From the NCBI GenBank assembly GCA_963729625.1, contig CAVSOU010000010.1, positions 864,001 to 928,000 on the forward strand: 64,000 nucleotides of DNA, in the 5' to 3' direction. The notes under the pieces were generated by a model, which made no database searches, had not been told where the DNA came from, and was given only the letters and a program-made list of their open reading frames with translations. The DNA is from an uncultured bacterium. Its GTDB lineage: Bacteria > Chloroflexota > UBA5177 > JANWHV01. Each line of letters starts with the position of its first letter. The stretch's first letter is position 1. The translations under genes were made by a program, and so were the position numbers. This document shows positions 41,890 through 51,979 of this stretch, piece after piece.

Positions 41890-43662
41890 TCAATCTACAG
41901 TGAGAACGGCGCTCTGCAAAGGCGCCAGGTCGAGATGAAGAGCGCCGGCTGACATGCGATGTCGCGTGCCGGACAGTACATCGCGCCACACTGGTGCATG
42001 TGGCAGGCCGCCCGCTGGCAGCCTCACCGTCGCCCCTCGACTGGATGCATTGACAGCCACGACCACCGCGTCGTCATTCCACTGGCGAAGGTACACGAAC
42101 TGCCTCCGGCCACGCTCTGCCAACAACGGCAGGCAACTTCCGCGCAACAGCGCCGGATGCTGGAGGCGAAGGCAGGCCAGCCGCCGTACGTGCCCGTACA
42201 GGTCGTGATCCTGCTTGGCGGGATCCCATTCCATGCAGCCTCGGCACCCGGGATCCGGTCCGCCGGCAAGGCCCACCTCATCGCCGTAGTAGATGTGCGG
42301 AACTCCGGCGTACGTCAGTTGCAGCGTAAGGGCCAGATGCATCTTGCGCTTGTTGTTGCCGCATTCCGTGAGAAAGCGCGTGGTATCGTGGGTGCCAAGC
42401 ACGTTCCAGAGGACTGCCTGCTCCTGATAGGGAACCCGAGCCCTGGTCAGACGGTTCACGAACTCTGCCGCGTCGATCGATTGTTTGGCGATGAAGCGGC
42501 TCACGGCTCCCATGAAGGGAAAATGCGTCAGGCCGTCTAGCTCACCGGGCCGCACGAACTGCGCAGCCTGGTACCAGATCTCGGCCACCAGGAGTGCGTC
42601 GGGATTAACCGCACGCACCGTGCCGCGAAGGTCGCGCCAAAACGCGTGATCCACCTCGTTCGCGGCGTCCAGCCTCCAACCGTCGACGCCAAAACGGGTC
42701 CAGCGCTCTGCGACACCGAGCAAGTAGCGCCGGACCTCCGGATTCAGCGTGTTCAGCTTCGGCAGTTTCGTATGGTTGCCGAAGAACAGGAATGTCGCAT
42801 CAGCTTCCGTCGCCCGCGGATCGACCGGGAACGAGGTGATCCAGAACCAGTCCTTGTAGCGCGACCGCTCCTGATTCCGAGCTACGTCGAGCCAAGGTCC
42901 GAATCTCATGCCAGCGTGGTTAAACACCGCGTCAAGTACCACATGCATCGAGCGTGCGTGCGCACCGTCAAGCAGCCGCCGCAGGGCTGTCTCGTCGCCA
43001 ACGGACGGATCTATTCTTGTGTAGTCCACGGTGTCGTACTTATGGTTTGTGTTGGCCAGAAATATCGGCGTCAGATACAGAGTCGAAACACCAAGATCGG
43101 CAAGATAATCCAGGCTGTCAATCACGCCCTGCAGGTCGCCGCCCGCAATCATCTTTCCCGTTGCTAGAGTGCCCCAGGGTACTGTACTTTTGGGATCGTT
43201 GCTAGAATCGCCGTTCCGGAAGCGATCGACAAACACCTGGTAGACCAGTCCCTCGCGCGCCCATTGTGGCGTATCGAAGACCTCGGTCGCGTGGATGAAT
43301 GCGTGATGGAAGTACCCGGCGGTCATCAAAGTACCGGGTTCGTCCAGGCTCAATCCCTCGTCGCCGTACCAGTACCTGTGCTCGCCGTCGTCCACGCGAA
43401 AGAGATACTGGACGCGATGCGTTGGTTGCGGCAGAGCTGCCTGCCAGTAATCGTAGTCCGCGTCTCGCGCCCACAGATCCATCGGCTGCTGCAGATCGTT
43501 CTCGCGCGGCATGTAGCGATCGCCCCACTGCACGATGCACTGCTTGACGACACCCAGCCTGGAGCGCAGCCGGACGCGCAACGTCGTAGCATCCAGTGGA
43601 TATGAGTCACCGGCGTGGGGAAGGTGCACCAGGCTCTCCGGATCGAACTGAAGTCGTGCCAC
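41890..43662 (-). CDS. GH13_20-type cyclomaltodextrinase/neopullulanase with N-terminal domain
   Basis: N-domain (GDRY..), YQVFVDRF, DAVFNH, DGWRLDAANE, AEIW, LGTHD. Confidence 0.92.
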   Translation of the reverse strand: MARLQFDPESLVHLPHAGDSYPLDATTLRVRLRSRLGVVKQCIVQWGDRYMPRENDLQQPMDLWARDADYDYWQAALPQPTHRVQYLFRVDDGEHRYWYGDEGLSLDEPGTLMTAGYFHHAFIHATEVFDTPQWAREGLVYQVFVDRFRNGDSSNDPKSTVPWGTLATGKMIAGGDLQGVIDSLDYLADLGVSTLYLTPIFLANTNHKYDTVDYTRIDPSVGDETALRRLLDGAHARSMHVVLDAVFNHAGMRFGPWLDVARNQERSRYKDWFWITSFPVDPRATEADATFLFFGNHTKLPKLNTLNPEVRRYLLGVAERWTRFGVDGWRLDAANEVDHAFWRDLRGTVRAVNPDALLVAEIWYQAAQFVRPGELDGLTHFPFMGAVSRFIAKQSIDAAEFVNRLTRARVPYQEQAVLWNVLGTHDTTRFLTECGNNKRKMHLALTLQLTYAGVPHIYYGDEVGLAGGPDPGCRGCMEWDPAKQDHDLYGHVRRLACLRLQHPALLRGSCLPLLAERGRRQFVYLRQWNDDAVVVAVNASSRGATVRLPAGGLPHAPVWRDVLSGTRHRMSAGALHLDLAPLQSAVLTVD

Positions 43663-43732
43663 CGGCTGCTCCCACGGGTAGACTCACCCCATGCCACGCT
43701 GTTCCGGCCTTGTCGCCGCACGCAGCGCTCAA

Positions 43733-43752
43733 TTGCTAAATCGAATTAGCAA
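43733..43752. promoter_or_regulatory. LacI-type operator TTGCTAAATCGAATTAGCAA
   Basis: 18/20 palindrome with central CG, in an AT-rich patch upstream of the GH13 genes. Confidence 0.65.
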
Positions 43753-43784
43753 ATCAATTAACTAACTCGATTAACTGCGTTAGT

Positions 43785-43813
43785 ATGGTAGGACGCCCGT
43801 GCTTGGCTGTCAA
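43785..43813 (-). promoter_or_regulatory. Sigma70 promoter of the GH13 operon
   Basis: Minus strand TTGACA-17 bp-TACCAT. Confidence 0.65.
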
Positions 43814-43993
43814 GCAGCCGGACAGGCCTTTTGGGTCCCTTCGCATCGCGTTGGGATCGAACGGTCAGTCGGCGAGACGGTGGCCTGCAAAGTGGTTGCG
43901 CGCTCCAGATGCGGTGGATATTGCCGCGAGGGGCCGTTGCGATGCCGCTATACTTGTTCCACATGCCAGCGGTCGAGCGCGAGGGTGGTGAAT

Positions 43994-45334
43994 ATGCCGC
44001 AGAGTCTCGACGACGAGTGGCAAGACATCGCGCTCCGCAGGGACGCCCGATATTGCCAGTCCGCAAGCCAGAGACGTGCCACGGCGATTGTGATCGAGCA
44101 TCAGCGCTCCAACACGACAGATAGCGGTCTCGATAAGGCTGTCCGGCGCGGCCAGTTTGCGATCAGCCGTACGGCGGTCAACTGCCGCGTGCTGGGGACA
44201 CTCATGCTTGCTATCGCGCTTCTCGCCTCGAGCGTCCCGGCTTCAGTGGCCGTGCATGGCTCACCTGCCACACTGATCGGCGCGCTAGATCTCGGCGGCG
44301 TGCGGATCATTTCTCGCGATCAGTGGGGCGCCGGCGACGGGGAGGGAAGTCCCCGATGGGTGCCGATGTTCCAGCGGCCGTTTCACATCGTCATTCACCA
44401 TACGGCAGCTGAGACCGGTCCGAATGGGTCGATAGGCGACATCACCACCATTTGGGCGTACCACACGTTCACTCTCGGCTGGGGCGACATCGGCTACAAC
44501 TACCTTATCGATCCGGAAGGCAACGTCTACGAAGGCCGCGCCGGGGGGGACAGCGTGGTGGGGGCGCACACCCAGCACTTCAACTTCGGGTCGATCGGCA
44601 TCTCGCTGATGGGCGACTACTCTGTCTCCAAGCCTGCCAAGGCGATGATGGCCTCGCTGCGAGAGCTCGTTACGATGCTGTCCAACAGGTACGGCATCGA
44701 CGCGCGCGCCACGTTCTCAGAGGATGGCGCCAGCTACCCCGAAGTCGGCGGACACCGAGATTTCAACTACACGGAATGTCCAGGAATCAACGTATATGAC
44801 CTGCTGCCGGTACTGCGGCAGCAGGTCGCGTCCGGCGTGAGGAGCGACGCGGCTCCGGGCGAAGGAGAGACCGTTTTCGTGCACTCAGGTGCGCCCGCAA
44901 TGGCGCAGCTCGTGGTGCGAAACACCGGCACGACAACGTGGAATGGCCGCTTCACCTTGCGCCTCACGGCAGGCGACGAGTATCGTGCTCTCATGCTCCC
45001 TATAGCCTATAGCGTCCCCGATGTCGGGCCCGGCGGAACGATCACCATTCCGCTGTTCCTGCCCGCGCTCAGGGCTGGCCAGGTCATCAACACCGACTGG
45101 CAGCTCTCAGACATGACGGGAAACTCCGTGGGCCAGACGTTTCCGTTTTCGATCGTCGCTCTCGCTCCCGGCTCGGTGCTTCCCACTCCGTTCCCGGCGC
45201 CTACGCTCACGTTCACGCCCATCCCTACCACCACGCCGACGAACACCATTACGAGCACGCCGACACCGTCGAACACTGTGACGCGTACGCCCCGCCCAAC
45301 CGGAACACGGCCCACGGCCACGCGACGCCGATGA
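43994..45334 (+). CDS. N-acetylmuramoyl-L-alanine amidase (Amidase_2/PGRP-like) with Ig-like domain and Pro/Thr-rich tail; the true start may lie about 150-200 nt downstream
   Basis: IISRDQWGA, IVIHHTA, GWGDIGYNYLI, YEGRAG, GAH, GHRD...TECPG; VRNTGTTTW Ig-like motif; TPTP repeats. Confidence 0.85.
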   Translation: MPQSLDDEWQDIALRRDARYCQSASQRRATAIVIEHQRSNTTDSGLDKAVRRGQFAISRTAVNCRVLGTLMLAIALLASSVPASVAVHGSPATLIGALDLGGVRIISRDQWGAGDGEGSPRWVPMFQRPFHIVIHHTAAETGPNGSIGDITTIWAYHTFTLGWGDIGYNYLIDPEGNVYEGRAGGDSVVGAHTQHFNFGSIGISLMGDYSVSKPAKAMMASLRELVTMLSNRYGIDARATFSEDGASYPEVGGHRDFNYTECPGINVYDLLPVLRQQVASGVRSDAAPGEGETVFVHSGAPAMAQLVVRNTGTTTWNGRFTLRLTAGDEYRALMLPIAYSVPDVGPGGTITIPLFLPALRAGQVINTDWQLSDMTGNSVGQTFPFSIVALAPGSVLPTPFPAPTLTFTPIPTTTPTNTITSTPTPSNTVTRTPRPTGTRPTATRRR

Positions 45335-45364
45335 AGCGGCAGTAGCAGTCCTGCATTTGGGGGC

Positions 45365-45403
45365 TTGACGCAAGAGAACTCTAGGCATATCATAGATATA
45401 TCG
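45365..45403 (+). promoter_or_regulatory. Promoter and putative autoregulatory PadR operator
   Basis: TTGACG-17 bp-TATCAT immediately followed by the palindrome GATATATC (45395-45402). Confidence 0.6.
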
Positions 45404-45439
45404 AGATAATTATAGAGTGCTCGATGAAAGGTTTACACG

Positions 45440-46114
45440 ATGGAAGGTAGCGACACGATGCACGCAAGCGTACACAGGCACTTCAGGCAGCGGTTGCATC
45501 ATTTTGACCGACACGAACATGGGCCGAGGGATGCACGGCCCTTTCCACCGGATGAGGCGCCCGATGAAGCGCCACCGCACGTTATGGGAATGCGCTTTGG
45601 CGGGCCGGAAGGCTTCGGCAGGCATCGTCACTTCGGCGGCAGGGGTGGCCCCCGGGTCGGCCGGGGCGACGTCCGCGCCGCTACGCTGCTCCTGCTGGTG
45701 GACAAGCCCATGCACGGGTATCAGGTCATTCAGGAAATCGCCGCAAGCAGTGGTGGAGTATGGCGGCCAAGTGCGGGCTCCGTGTACCCGGCACTGCAGC
45801 AGTTGGAGGACGAAGGCCTGGTGCGAGCAGAACAGACGGACGGGCGCAGGGTGTTCTACCTGACCGACACCGGTCGCACCTATGTCGAGGACCGGCGCGC
45901 AGAACTCATTGCCGCGCGCGACGCCGTCACCGATAACGTCGATGGCGGCGTCGTCGCGCTGCACGACCTGTTCATGCAAGTTGGCGTCGCGATCAAGCAG
46001 GTGGCGCACGCCGGCACCCCCACGCAGATGGCCACGGCGCGGGAGCTCCTCAAGGCCACTCGCAGGCAGCTCTATCGCATTCTTGCAGGTGACGACTCGG
46101 CATCCGAGCCCTAA
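45440..46114 (+). CDS. PadR family transcriptional regulator with His/Gly-rich N-terminus
   Basis: RGDVRAA.LLLL..KPMHGYQVIQEI, WRPSAGSVYPALQQLEDEGLV, RRQLYRILA. Confidence 0.92.
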   Translation: MEGSDTMHASVHRHFRQRLHHFDRHEHGPRDARPFPPDEAPDEAPPHVMGMRFGGPEGFGRHRHFGGRGGPRVGRGDVRAATLLLLVDKPMHGYQVIQEIAASSGGVWRPSAGSVYPALQQLEDEGLVRAEQTDGRRVFYLTDTGRTYVEDRRAELIAARDAVTDNVDGGVVALHDLFMQVGVAIKQVAHAGTPTQMATARELLKATRRQLYRILAGDDSASEP

Positions 46115-46447
46115 CATGCACGATTTGAATGCCTGCTGGACGCGCTCGATGCCCTGCTCGATACGCGAACGGCCCCCGCCTTGGCAACCGTATGGCGTAC
46201 TCGTCGGGGGTCCGGCCGCCTCCGCGCCGATTGCCCAAACAGGAAAGCTCTTTTGTCGCATCCACTCCGCGCAGTAGACTGTGCGACGAAGCGAGCGGGC
46301 CCGGAGCCGCCGGGTAATGCTGGCTTGAGAAGCGATGCGATGAACGTTATCTCGGAATCGTGTGCCGAGTGGCACAAGGAGCTCCTTGCCGAGTGATGAG
46401 AAGCGTGAGATACTTCAGGTTGTTTCTGAAAGGCCGGTAAGCTCGCA

Positions 46448-47209
46448 ATGACCGCAGCGACAGGTTCACGACGCGTAGCCCTGGTGACAGGCGGCTCGCG
46501 CGGTATTGGGCGCGCCACGGCAATTGCGCTGGCTGCAGCCGGCAATGCCATTTGCGTCAACTATCGGGATCCCACTCAGGCCGAGCTGGCGGATTCGGTT
46601 GTGGCAGCGATCGCCGAGGCCGGCGGGTACGCTGTCGCCATCGAGGGCGATATCTCGAAACGCGAGGATGTCGACGCACTGTTTCGTGCGGCGCAGGAAA
46701 AGCTTGGGCCAGTAGAGATTCTGGTCAACAACGCGGGCATAACGCGCGACACCCTGCTGTTGCGCCTGTCGGATGACGAGTGGGACGTGGTGCTGAACAC
46801 GAACTTGCGCGGTGCATTCATGTGTACAAGGGCGGCCATGCGGTCCATGGTACGAGCGCGCTGGGGCCGCGTCATCAACATCTCATCGGTCGTGGGCATC
46901 ATGGGTAATCCCGGTCAGGCCAACTACGCGGCTGCCAAAGCCGGCATGATCGGCTTCACGCGCGCGGTTGCGCGCGAAGTGGCGAATCGCGGCATCACGG
47001 TGAATGCCGTTGCGCCCGGCTTCATCACGACCAACATCACGGAGGATCTGCCGCCAGAGCTCAAGGCGCGCATGCTCGACGCCATACCGGCCGGCCGTTT
47101 CGGCACGCCGGAAGACGTCGCAGAGGTCATCGCGTTCCTTGCGTCGGACGCATCGCGCTACGTAACCGGTCAGGTGCTGAACATAGATGGAGGTTTTCTG
47201 ACCGCATGA
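46448..47209 (+). CDS. fabG: 3-oxoacyl-ACP reductase
   Basis: TGGSRGIG, NNAGITRD, GNPGQANYAAAK, NAVAPGFI. Confidence 0.93.
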   Translation: MTAATGSRRVALVTGGSRGIGRATAIALAAAGNAICVNYRDPTQAELADSVVAAIAEAGGYAVAIEGDISKREDVDALFRAAQEKLGPVEILVNNAGITRDTLLLRLSDDEWDVVLNTNLRGAFMCTRAAMRSMVRARWGRVINISSVVGIMGNPGQANYAAAKAGMIGFTRAVAREVANRGITVNAVAPGFITTNITEDLPPELKARMLDAIPAGRFGTPEDVAEVIAFLASDASRYVTGQVLNIDGGFLTA

Positions 47210-48192
47210 TCACGAACAGACTCCGCCAAAGCGGCTCGCGTCGAGATGACAATCGTGCCGTGTTCGTGTTTCCCGGGCAGGGCTCCCAGTTCGTTGGCAT
47301 GGGCAGCGATCTGTATGAGGAGTCGGCGGCAGCACGCGCGGTCTTCGACCAGGCAGATGACGTACTGGATACGTCGATTAGCAAGCTCTGCTTCGAAGGA
47401 CCGGAGGACGATCTCGAACGCACATACAACCAGCAACCAGGTGTGCTGACCGTTAGCATCGCATACCTTGCGGCGCTCCGCGAGCGCGCCGCGGGCGTCG
47501 GGCGCAGACTCAACCCGGTGTTTGTCGCCGGCCATAGCATGGGCGAGTACTCGGCGCTCGTCGCCGCGGATGTGATGGATTTCGCCGACGCACTGCAGCT
47601 TGTCCGCGAGCGCGGACGACTGATGGAAGAGTCCAGTGTGAAATCGCCGGGCGGAATGGCTGCGGTCATTGGCCTGGACATGCCTACACTGGAGTCCGTC
47701 GTACATCGAGCGCGAGAGCTGGGTGAGATCGTACTCGCGAACATGAACAGCCCCCTGCAAACGGTCATTTCTGGTGAGGTCGGCGCTCTCGTTCGCGCCA
47801 TGGAGCTTGCGCGCCAGGCGGGCGCCCGCCGCGTCGCACGGCTCAAGATCAGCATCGCCTCGCATTCGCCGCTCATGCAGCAGGCGGCCGCTCAGCTCTC
47901 TGAGAGACTGGCGTCCATCACCTTGCGCGAGCCATACATACCTGTCGTCGCGAATATCACCGGTCAGGTACTGCAGTCGGCCGCGGACATCAAGCGCGAG
48001 CTTGGCGAGCAACTCTGCAAGCCGGTGCAGTGGACGCGATCCGTGCTCGAGATGCGTAACCTCGGTGGCCGAATGTTCCTCGAGATCGGACCAGGCAATG
48101 TGCTGTCCGGCCTGATCAGGCGCATCGACGGCACGGTACAAGTTGTAACATGTCGAGACGTCGAAATAGACGCCATATCGACGCCCGTATGA
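47206..48192 (+). CDS. fabD: Malonyl-CoA:ACP transacylase (copy 1)
   Basis: FPGQGSQ, GHSMGEY, RGRLM, ASHSPLM, EIGPG. Confidence 0.92.
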   Translation: MITNRLRQSGSRRDDNRAVFVFPGQGSQFVGMGSDLYEESAAARAVFDQADDVLDTSISKLCFEGPEDDLERTYNQQPGVLTVSIAYLAALRERAAGVGRRLNPVFVAGHSMGEYSALVAADVMDFADALQLVRERGRLMEESSVKSPGGMAAVIGLDMPTLESVVHRARELGEIVLANMNSPLQTVISGEVGALVRAMELARQAGARRVARLKISIASHSPLMQQAAAQLSERLASITLREPYIPVVANITGQVLQSAADIKRELGEQLCKPVQWTRSVLEMRNLGGRMFLEIGPGNVLSGLIRRIDGTVQVVTCRDVEIDAISTPV

Positions 48193-49448
48193 TGGCAAAG
48201 CGATCGATGAACCCGGTTGTCATCACCGGGCTGGGTATGCTGTGCCCTGTAGGCATCGGCACGGAGGCGGCCTGGAAGGCGCTGCTGGCCGGCAAGTCAG
48301 GTGTTGCCCGCATCACGCACTTCGACCCAAGCCCTTACGCCGTGCAGATTGCCGGGGAAGTCAAGGGATTTGACCCTTCATGCATCGGCGATCCTAAAGA
48401 AGTGCGCAGGATGGACCGCTGCTCCCAACTCGCGCTCGCGGCGACGCTCGAGGCTGTGCAGGACGCCAAGCTGACTCCAGAATCTCTTGACCCCACGACG
48501 AGCGGTGTCGTGATTGGCTCGGCAGCCGGAGGCATCCAGACCGCACTCGAACAATACCGGGTGTTTCTCGAGCGGGGACCGCGCCGGCTGAGTCCCTTCT
48601 TTATCCAGAACATGCTTGTCGATTCCCCTGCCGGTCACGTGGCGATCAAGCTGGGCCTGCAGGGGCCCAACATGGCGGTGGTCTCGGCTTGCGCCACCGG
48701 CACTCAGGCAATCGGCGAGGCCGCTGAGCTTATTGCGCGCGGTGACGCCGAGGTTATGCTCGCCGGCGGCGCCGAAGCGCCGATTCACCCGCTGTTTTTG
48801 GCCGGCTTCGGTGTAATGGGCGCCCTTGCCCGGAATAACGAGGAACCATGGCGCGCGTCCTCACCTTTCACCAAGCGTCGCGACGGCTTCGTGCTCTCCG
48901 AAGGCGCTGCGGTCGTCGTGCTTGAGACGCTCGAACATGCCAGAGCGCGCGGCGCCCACGTTTATGCCGAGGTAGGCGGATATGGAGCCACGAACGATGC
49001 GTTCGACATGGCGGCCATGCCCGAAGACCCCGTGACGGCGGCTCGATGCATGCAACGTGCCCTTGACAAAGCAGGAATGCGGCCTGAGGACATCGACTAC
49101 ATCAACCCTCATGGCACCAGCACGCCGGTGAACGACCTTGCCGAGACGCGGGCGATCAAGTCCATCTTCGGTGACCACGCGTATCGATTGGCCGTAGGTT
49201 CTACCAAGAGTATGACCGGGCACATGATGGGAGGCTCAGGAGCCGTGGAGGCAGTTGTCTGTGCCCTGGCGATCCGTGACCAGGTCGTGCCGCCGACGAT
49301 CAATCTTGACGACCCCGATCCGGAGCTCGACCTCGACTATGTGCCGAACCAGGCGCGACGCATGCGCGTGCGCGCAGCACTCTCAAACTCATTCGGTCTC
49401 GGCGGTCACAACGCCACGATCGTCCTTCGCGAGGCGTACTCCACTTAG
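48189..49448 (+). CDS. fabF: Beta-ketoacyl-ACP synthase II
   Basis: VVITGLG, SACATG, PHGTST, KSMTGH, SNSFGLGGHN (Cys-His-His triad). Confidence 0.93.
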   Translation: MMAKRSMNPVVITGLGMLCPVGIGTEAAWKALLAGKSGVARITHFDPSPYAVQIAGEVKGFDPSCIGDPKEVRRMDRCSQLALAATLEAVQDAKLTPESLDPTTSGVVIGSAAGGIQTALEQYRVFLERGPRRLSPFFIQNMLVDSPAGHVAIKLGLQGPNMAVVSACATGTQAIGEAAELIARGDAEVMLAGGAEAPIHPLFLAGFGVMGALARNNEEPWRASSPFTKRRDGFVLSEGAAVVVLETLEHARARGAHVYAEVGGYGATNDAFDMAAMPEDPVTAARCMQRALDKAGMRPEDIDYINPHGTSTPVNDLAETRAIKSIFGDHAYRLAVGSTKSMTGHMMGGSGAVEAVVCALAIRDQVVPPTINLDDPDPELDLDYVPNQARRMRVRAALSNSFGLGGHNATIVLREAYST

Positions 49449-49505
49449 GCCAGGGCCATGCCGGGGTCATGCCACAATGTACCCCGAATGCGCGGCGCCG
49501 GGCGC

Positions 49506-50528
49506 TTAGCGGAAGCGCGGCATCACCTCTTCTGAAAAGAGACGAATCGAAGCGAGAGAGCGGGCCGGATCGAGATTTCCGAACTGGCTCATGAAGCAAA
49601 AGTCGGTGACACCAAATCTCATCCAGGCACGGATCTTGCTTTCGATGACGTCCGGCGTGCCAAACATGACCCTCCCAGGGAACATCGCGTCAAAGGACGG
49701 GGATGGCAGGTCGGCGCGCCCCGAATCGCCCCCCTTGAGGAACGCTCTGTCCACCGCGCTCAAGTACTGGAGCAGAGCCTCGCGCGGCTCTTCGCGCACC
49801 GCGCGGTCGTCTCGAGCCACGTACAGATGGTAGTTCACCATGATCCGCGTGCTGCCGGCCTCATGGCCGGTGGACGCGAGAGCCTCGCGGTACCAGTCGA
49901 GCCCGCGACGCACCTCATCAACCTCGCGGCTATATGGGTTGAGCATCAGGTTGAATCCGCAGCGTCCGGCGAGCTCGAAGCTCGATCGGTTGCTCGACGC
50001 GGCCATCCATATTGGCGGGTGCGGCCGCTGCACGGGCTTGGGAAACAGCTCCACGCCAGTCAGGTGGTAGAAGTCACCTTCGAACGAAAACTGGTCGTGT
50101 GTCCATGCGTCGATGAGCACGGATACGCCTTCCTCAAACCGGCGCTCTCGCGAATCCATCAAAATCCCAAGAGACCTGAACTCGTGGCGCGAGAAGCCGC
50201 GACCAATCCCCAGTTCGGCGCGCCCGCCGCTCAGGACGTCGAGCATTGCGTACTCCTCGGCCACGCGGACGGCGTGGTGGAGCGGCAGGACAGCCACCGC
50301 AGCACCTATCCTCACGCGCTGTGTGCGTGCCGCCACCGCGGTTGCCAATAGAGCCGGAGACGGCACGATGCCGCCAAACTCGTCGAAATGATGCTCGGCG
50401 AACCAGACATTGTCCCATCCCAGTTCGTCTGCCACGCATGCCTCACGAATGACCGTCTGGTAGACCTGGCCGGCTGTGAGCCCGCTGTGCACGGTAGGAA
50501 TGTAGAAAAGTCCGAAACCCATCTTCAA
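49506..50528 (-). CDS. LLM-class (luciferase-like) flavin monooxygenase
   Basis: ADELGWDNVWFAEHHF, RVAEEYAMLDVLSGGR.ELGIGRG, PKPVQRPHPPIW. Confidence 0.9.
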   Translation of the reverse strand: MKMGFGLFYIPTVHSGLTAGQVYQTVIREACVADELGWDNVWFAEHHFDEFGGIVPSPALLATAVAARTQRVRIGAAVAVLPLHHAVRVAEEYAMLDVLSGGRAELGIGRGFSRHEFRSLGILMDSRERRFEEGVSVLIDAWTHDQFSFEGDFYHLTGVELFPKPVQRPHPPIWMAASSNRSSFELAGRCGFNLMLNPYSREVDEVRRGLDWYREALASTGHEAGSTRIMVNYHLYVARDDRAVREEPREALLQYLSAVDRAFLKGGDSGRADLPSPSFDAMFPGRVMFGTPDVIESKIRAWMRFGVTDFCFMSQFGNLDPARSLASIRLFSEEVMPRFR

Positions 50529-50877
50529 CGCGCCCTTCTGTGATCAGCCCTGGCGGTGCTGGCCGCGGTTGAGGCTGTCGCTGCTACTACTGCTGTATCA
50601 CGTGCAGGCTTGGACAGACAACTCCGCTTCGGCTGGTGCTCACTCCAGAGGAACAAGCGATAAAGAGCGCCCGCGCCCGGCCTGACCCGCGGGTCTGGTG
50701 ACGGCTGTATGCTACACTCGATGGCGATCCAGGTCATCTGCGCTCGCGTGGATGCACGGCTCCCTTCCTTGCAGGTCATCGGATGAATGGCCGCCGCTCA
50801 GACGGAACGACTTTTGACAAGATGTCGTAGCGAGATTCCTGTCCTCTAGCGAATCAGCATACGAAGGAGTGTATTCA

Positions 50878-51960
50878 GTGGCACGAGTATACAACTTTAG
50901 CCCGGGCCCATCGATGCTTCCCGAGTCTGTGCTCGCGCAAGCCGCGGAAGAGATGCTTGATTATCGCGGCACCGGGCAATCGGTGATGGAGATGAGCCAC
51001 CGATCACCGGAGTTCGAGGGCATTCTCCATGATGCCGAGGCGCGTCTGCGCGATCTCATGTCCGTCCCAGCTACGTACCGCGTGCTCTTTCTGCAAGGCG
51101 GCGCGTCGACCCAGTTCGCCATGGTTCCGCTCAACCTGTACAACGAGAGGCGGAAAGCCGACTATGTCGTGACCGGCATGTGGGCAAAGAAGGCTCTTTC
51201 AGAGGCCAAGCGCTTCGGAATTCCCCGGGTGGTCGCCTCGTCCGACGACAAGAACTTCACGTACATTCCGGACTTGACCCCCGAGATGTTCGACCAAACC
51301 GCGTCGTACGCGCACATAACCACAAACAACACGATTTTCGGTACGCGATATCGGCAGATCCCAGACACTGGTTTATTACCGCTCGTCACCGACATGTCGT
51401 CGAGCATCTTGTCGGAAGTCTACGACGTGTCCAAGTTCGCACTTATCTATGCCGGGGCGCAGAAGAATATAGGGCCGGCCGGACTCACCATCGTGATCAT
51501 CCGCGAGGATTTGATCGGAAGGGCGCTCGATATAACTCCCACCATGCTCAACTATCAGACGCATGCTGAGAGTGATTCACTCTACAATACGCCGCCATGT
51601 TTTGCCGTGTACGTCGCCAAGCTCGTATTCGAGTGGGTCATAGCGCAGGGCGGGGTAGAGGCGTTACAACGCGTAAACGAAGAACGAGCTGACATACTCT
51701 ACTCGTTCCTCGACAAATCCGGGCAATTCAAGGGCACTGCGGTGCCGGAGTTCCGGTCGCTTATGAACGCACCATTCGTGTTGCCTACCGATGAGCTAAA
51801 CAAGAAGTTCATCAAAGAAGCGACGGCGCAGGGCTTCATCAATCTCAAGGGGCACCGGTCGGTCGGTGGCATGCGAGCCAGCATGTACAACGCCATGCCG
51901 ATCGAGGGCGTCAGGCAGTTGGTGGAGTTCATGAGCAACTTTGAACATCAGAATAGCTGA
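50878..51960 (+). CDS. serC: Phosphoserine aminotransferase
   Basis: YNFSPGPS, EMSHRS, LQGGA, DMSS, GAQKNIGPAG, YNTPP, GHRSVGGMRAS; GTG start after AAGGAG. Confidence 0.96.
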   Translation: MARVYNFSPGPSMLPESVLAQAAEEMLDYRGTGQSVMEMSHRSPEFEGILHDAEARLRDLMSVPATYRVLFLQGGASTQFAMVPLNLYNERRKADYVVTGMWAKKALSEAKRFGIPRVVASSDDKNFTYIPDLTPEMFDQTASYAHITTNNTIFGTRYRQIPDTGLLPLVTDMSSSILSEVYDVSKFALIYAGAQKNIGPAGLTIVIIREDLIGRALDITPTMLNYQTHAESDSLYNTPPCFAVYVAKLVFEWVIAQGGVEALQRVNEERADILYSFLDKSGQFKGTAVPEFRSLMNAPFVLPTDELNKKFIKEATAQGFINLKGHRSVGGMRASMYNAMPIEGVRQLVEFMSNFEHQNS

Positions 51961-51979
51961 GGTCGGGCCTGGAGTGCAA

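Noticed and set aside
45180-45330. ACGCCGAC-like short repeats
   Set aside because: They encode the Pro/Thr linker of the amidase.
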